Shown one piece after another: positions 53,464 to 60,200 of a DNA stretch of 64,000 nucleotides (position 1 is its first letter; every line of letters begins with the position of its first letter). The DNA is from Octopus sinensis. Lineage: Eukaryota. The stretch lies in contig NC_042998.1 in assembly GCF_006345805.1 (NCBI RefSeq), forward strand, positions 96,906,001 to 96,970,000, read 5' to 3'. A program made the translations under genes and the position numbers. The notes under the pieces were generated by a model that had not been told where the DNA came from, did not search any database, and worked only from the letters and a program-made list of their open reading frames with translations.

Positions 53464-54489
53464 TACATACACACATATATGTATATCATCGTCATCATCA
53501 AAATCATCATCGTCATCATCATTTAACATCCGCTTTCCATGCTAGCATGGGTTGGACAATTTGACTGAGGACTGGCGAACCAGATGGCTGCACCAGGCTC
53601 CAATCTGATCTGGCAGAGTTTCTACAGCGGGATGCCCTTCCTAATGCCAACCACTCCGAGAGTGTAGTGGGTGCTTTTACATGCCATCGGCATGAGGGCC
53701 AGTCACGCGGTACTAGCAACGGCCACGCTCAAATGGTGTTTTTACATGCCACCTGCACAAGAGCCAGTCCAGTGGCACTAAATTTAAAGTAAACAGAAAA
53801 TGGAGAAATACTGATCAACAATAATTAACTAACATCAATTATTACTTTTTAATTAAATAGAAATGGACTGTATCCTGTCTAACACCTGTTTCTGCTTCCA
53901 ATGTTATACAGTAAAGCCACTGAAAATTCTGAAAATAATATTCATCATATTTCATAATGATCTGGAACAGGGAGCTTCATCAGAGTGAAAAAAATACATA
54001 AAAGAAAAGAAAAGAAAAGAAGAGCCTTGAGAAAAAGATAAGCCTTTCATCTTCTTCTCGAAGCTCTTCTTTTCTATCCTTTTCTTTTATGTATTTTTCT
54101 TCACTCTGATGAAGCTCCATGTTCCAGATCGGATGTATTACCAAATATGATGAATATTATTTTAAGAATTTTCCATAGCAATACCTTATAACATTGGAAA
54201 CAGAAACAGCTGTTAGACAGGATACAGTCCATTTGTATTTAATTAAAAAGTAATAATTGGTGTTAGTCAATTGTTGTTGATCAATATTTCTCCATTTTCT
54301 GTTTACTTTGAATCTAATTCCTGATAAAACTCATGTTTATCTTTGTCATTACCTGTAACCTATGAGCATAATATGCTTGCATATGTATGTCCAGGGTTAA
54401 CATAGGTAATTATACCAGTAGTATAACAGATATTTTTATCCCTTAGACGGTTATTCCAACCTCTAACTGAACTAGCCTGCCTGCCTGCC

Positions 54490-54521
<32 letters not shown>

Positions 54522-55853
54522 TAGGCACAGGCAATGATGATGATGACATACCACAATGAATGGTGAGACCAATCCAATCCATGCCAACATGGAAAATCAA
54601 AAAGATGATGATAATGATAATGATGACAGTGATAAATGATGATGAATGATGATGATGACAGTGATGAATGATGATGATGAAATATGTATCGATCTTTTGC
54701 TTATATATACAAGGATGTAAGTATTTTTTATCTTTTGTCTAGGCATCAGATTGCAGCCATGCTGGGGCACTACTTTGAAGAATAGTTGAACAGATTAACC
54801 CCACTACTTATTTTTTAAATCTGGTACTCATTCTATCAGTCTCTTTTGCCAAGCTGCTAAGTTACAGGGATGTAAGCAAACCAACATCAGTGGGAAAAAA
54901 AATCTTGTATATTTTGAAATACTTGTTCTGCACCAAGTAATATGCATCTGCTTGTGAAGACCTGTTGGGGCAAGTAAAATCGAAATTGAACCAAATTCGA
55001 TGACTGGCACCTGTGCCAGTGGAGCACTAACAGCTCCATCCGAGCAGGATCACTACCAGAGCAGCTGTCTGGCTTCCGTGCCAGTGGCACATAAAAAGCA
55101 CCATTTGAGTGTGATCGTTACCAGCGTCGCCTTACTAGCATTTGTGCCAGTGACACGTGAACAAAACATTCGAATGCGGTCATTGGCAGTGCCGCTGGAC
55201 TGACACCTGTGCAGATGGCACGTAAAAAGCACCATTTGAGCGTGACCGTTGCCAGTACCGCCAGACTGGCCCTCGTGCCGGTGGCACGTTAAAGCACCCA
55301 CCACACTCTCGGTGTGGTTGGCATTAGGAAGGGCATCCAGCTGTAGAAACTCTGCCAGATCAGATTGGAGCCTGGTGCAGCCATCTGGTTCGCCAGTCCT
55401 CAGTCAAATTGTTTAACCCATGCTAGCATGGAAAGCAGACGTTAAACGATGATGATGATGATGATGTCACACATTTACGCATATCATCAAAAATATTCAA
55501 TGAACTAATGAGTGGCCAATAGTTAGAAACCTGTAACCAATCATATATTGTTTACAAACTATAATTTAAAAGAATGTGCCAGTGACACACGAAAGCATCC
55601 ACTGCACTTTGTAAAGTGGTTGGTGTTAGGAAGGGCATCCAGCCATAGAAACTATGCCACAACAGACAGCTACGGTCTGATGCAGCCTTCTGGTCTGTCA
55701 GCTCTCAAGTCATAAAACTGTCAAACCTACACATGTATGGGAAATGGACATTAAACAATGATGATCATGAAAGAAAGAAAAAAATAAATACAAATTCAAG
55801 ACGGGCATGTTATATTTTGCTTTATTTGTTTTGTGTGTGTGGGTATGTATTTG

Positions 55854-55894
<41 letters not shown>

Positions 55895-55909
55895 TGTGTG
55901 TGTGTGTGT

Positions 55910-55944
<35 letters not shown>

Positions 55945-56354
55945 GTTCGTTTGTTTGTATTTTCTTTTGGGTGGGGATTCTTCTTTCATACAGTGTGACG
56001 TGGCCTTGATGTCAAACTGTGACTGGGTTGAAAATCCAGTTTGCCATAAATAATGATTTCAGAGTTATACTTGTTCAGCAAGTGTATGACCTCAGATTTT
56101 GTATTGAAACCAAAACAATTACATCTATTATTTCATTCATTCAGAACATACACAAAAAATGGTGTATTCTCTTACCTGTCTCTGTCGTTAGACTGTGATC
56201 ACACTGGGGCACTACCTTGAAGAGTTTTAGTCAATATGCTAACTCTACATTACTTATTTTTAAGTCCGGTACTTAACAACTTAATATTGGTTTTTCAAGC
56301 AGTGTAACATAATAACAAGACATACATACATACATACATACATACATACATACA

Positions 56355-56386
<32 letters not shown>

Positions 56387-57222
56387 CATACACATATAAT
56401 ATAATATATATACAATTACAACAAAGTGTAAACATCTTGAGAGAAAAGCTATGTGGGCAGTTGTGTGAAGAAGTGCCAATCTCTACTAGTGGAAGGTAGC
56501 TGTAGAAGAGGGAAACCCAGGAACACATGGGACAAGGTGGTGAAGCAAGATCTTCAAATACTGGGCCTCATGGAGACGATGACTAGTGACTGACACCTTT
56601 GGCAATATCCCATGCTTGAGAAGACCAGTCAAGCCAAGGAAAATTATAGCTGTGGCTGTTGTTGATGTCACATAACTGGCACCCATCATCATTGTTTAAT
56701 GTTCATCTCCCATGCATGCATGTGTAGGACAGTTGACAGGAGCCAGCCAGGTAGAAAAACTACTCTCGGTTACTGTGTCTGTTTTGGCAGAGATTTTACA
56801 GTTGGAAGCCCTTCCTAACGCCAACCACTCTGCAGAATGGACTCAGTACTTTTAACGTGACACTAGCACAGGTGAGGTTAGTTTTGGCATGATTTTTATA
56901 GCTGGATGCTCTTCCAAACACCAATTACATTATAGTGTGGACTGGATGCTTTTAACATAGCACCAGCACTGGCAAGGTAACCAAGTAACTCACAAGACAA
57001 AGAATTACGAGAGGGGCAGAGAGATTTGTAGAGGGGAACTTGTGTCAGAGAATGAAAGATTAAAGTGTGACAAACAGACAGAGAGACAGAAGGAGATGTC
57101 TTTCCACAACAGAGGGGACATTAGAGGAGGTAATCCAGTACCAAATGATGAAAGGTTAGAGTGTAACAGGGAAATAGAGAGGCAGAAAGAGGTATCTTGC
57201 TATAGAGGAGGTACATGGTTAC

Positions 57223-57264
<42 letters not shown>

Positions 57265-60200
57265 TAGAAAGTAAGAGAGAGATACAAGAAAGAGGCCAGA
57301 AACAAGTGTGCTGATATAAAGGAGATACTTGGTTACCAAGTCAGACGAAAAACAAGAGGAGAGAGAGAGTAGGAAACATCAAAAGTGTAAGAAAGAGCAA
57401 AAGAGAGATGGTGTAGTGCTAGGGTATACTTACAAATAACAAGAATATGAGCGGAGAACCTGGGTAGAAAAATAGGGTGTGGGAGTGGATGTTGGGGGGG
57501 GGGATAGCGATACAGTGAGCAGGGCAGTGAGGGTAAGAAAGGGGATTGGAAAACAATCATAATTTATGCAAAGGAAATGTGAGGAAGAGAAAGATGCAGC
57601 TAGACAAGGAGTTGTGGTTCAATTTCTTAGGGTAGAGTGGGTGGGACACGACTCTTCTAGCTCTCATTTTTGTGGACGGGTTTTCTCTAGAACTGCATAT
57701 CTCCAAACATATTGGTTCACTGTCATTTCATCCATGAGCCCCAACATCCTAAGATCAGTCCTCACCACTTCATCCCATATCTTCCTGGATCTTCCTCTTC
57801 CACTAGTATCATCCACTTTCAGTGACAGGCACTTCTGTGTACAGCTGTCTTCACTCATACGCATCCCATGTCCAAACCAATGCATTCTCCTCTCCTGCAT
57901 ACCACATTTAATCCCTCTTATGCCTAACTTTTCTCTCAACACAGTGAGTGGATTTGATACACAGAAACTGAAAGAAGCCCATCATATATACAAGGTTCCT
58001 GGCTTTAAGGGTATTGCGAAAATCCTGGTTGGAGGCCCAACCTTCGTAGTTCTTTTACACGGCCTAAAAAAGCTGAAGGACTGCAGCAACAAGTGTGTGA
58101 TGCTGAGAGGGGAATATGCTGAATAAAATCATAATTAACTGATCCTCCTCTATTTTCTTTTACCCAAAAACAGGAACTTTTCAGCACCCCTTGTATATAC
58201 ATGTATCTATGTGTATGTGTCTGTGTTTGTACCCCACCACCCTTTGACAACTGGTGTTGGTGTGCTTACATCCGCATAACTTAGCAGTTCAGTTTAAGAG
58301 AGCGATAGAATAAGTAGCAGGCTTTACAAAAAGTAAGTACTGGGGGTGATTCACTCGACTAAAATGCTTCAAAGTGGTGCCACAGCATGGCTGCAGTCGC
58401 AGTCTAATGACTGAAACAGGGAAATGATAAAAGATATGTGAAATAATGATCTGTCGTATAAGTAGAGGGTCTTAAGTGAGGAGAGAACAGGAAAAGAGCC
58501 ATTGTACTGTTCTAGCAAACAATGTATAAATGGGGGAGGGGCATAAGTGTGCGTGTGTATACATGGGCACATGTACATATGTGTATGCATATGCGCAAGT
58601 GTAAGTTTGGTTACGTGTGTGTAGCCATGCACATGTTTATGCATGTGTGTGAGTGTGTGAATGTCTGTGAGTGTAAAGATGTGTGTGATGTGTGAGGGTT
58701 ACTTTCGGAGACCTGCATGTTTGTATGTGGGTGTGTGGGTGTGTGTGTGTACCTGTATGTACATGTGTACACTTGAGTGTGTGTGTGTGTGTGCCTACAT
58801 GTGCATGTGTGTGTGTGCACAAATCTGTGTTGGCTGTCTGTGTATGCATATGTACATGTCTAAGTGTGGGCACATATACATGACCAGGTGTAGCATCTGT
58901 ATACATGTGTGTGTAAGTGTGTGAGTGTGTATATATGTGTGTGAGTGTGCATGTATGCGAATGTGTATGGGTGTTGGTATGCCAGTGGGTCAGTCTGTAT
59001 GTATGTATATAAGTGTGTATGTATTTATATGTGTGTGAGGGTTGCTTTCAGAGACAGGCTATCAATTATACTATTGGATAGTATTTGTGTGCAGCTTTAA
59101 CTGGTCTTACCATCCAGGTATTAAACAGTAAAGACAAGCTTTATTTAGTAACAGAAAAATGACCAAAGAGCACTGCATAAGAGCACTGTCAGTTCACAGA
59201 TAACACATAAATTTATTTTTCAAAAACTATACAAGTTTGACATAGAACAAACAATACAGGACAAACAAGCAGTCTTGGACTTGAACGAATGAATTAACAA
59301 GTGATGAGTACACATCATCATCATCCTCATCATCGTTTAACGTCCGTTTTCCATGCTAGCATGGGTTGGACGGTTCGACCGGGGTCTGGGAAGACTGGAG
59401 GCTGTGTCAGGCTCCAGTCTGATCTAGCAGTGGTTCTACAGCTGGATGCTCTTCCTAACGTTAACCACTCTGTGAGTGTAGTGGGTGCTTTTTATGTGCC
59501 ACCGGCACAGGGGCCAGAGGAGGCTGGCAAAAAGCCACGGTCAGCTGGTACTTTTTATATGTCACCGACATGGATGCCAGTCAGGTGGTGCTGGCATCGG
59601 CCACATTCGGATGGTGCTTTTTACATGCCACCGGCACGGGTATCACAACTACAATTTCCATTTGATTTTTATTTTGATGCTGATGTACTTGACTCAATAG
59701 ATCTCCTCAAGTACTGCGGGTCATCCTACAATCCAAGGTTAGCACAGCAGGCCGTCCTGAGGAAAAAACGTTTTGAAATATATTTACTTACTTCTGCCAA
59801 ATTTTCTTCCAGTTCTTTGATTCGTTTTTCCAAACCAGTAATCAGGAACTTTGACTTATCATACATTTGAACTGCATGCTCAGCCCGTTGCTTTTCATGC
59901 AATTCATTCATTTCAGTTCTCACCAGTTTCTCAGTTTGACTTCCATTTTCATTAACATTTACTGACTTTGCATCTGTCAGTGACAAACAATAAGGAAAAA
60001 AATAGCTCACTAAATTAAAAAACATTAGTTGTTTTAGCATTTTTTACATACTAAAATATATTTGTTTTTTTAATGCATTTATTCCATATATTTGCATGAG
60101 TTAAACGAATATATATTATTAGACATTGTTTACAGCTGGATGCTCTTCCTGTCAATAACCATTACTAGGTTTCAAAGTAAGAGACAGTTTATTCCACTCA

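Noticed and set aside
55733-59040. CV-, MYVC- and HT-rich ORFs (55733, 56273, 58369-58924)
   Set aside because: Translations of microsatellites and low-complexity DNA.
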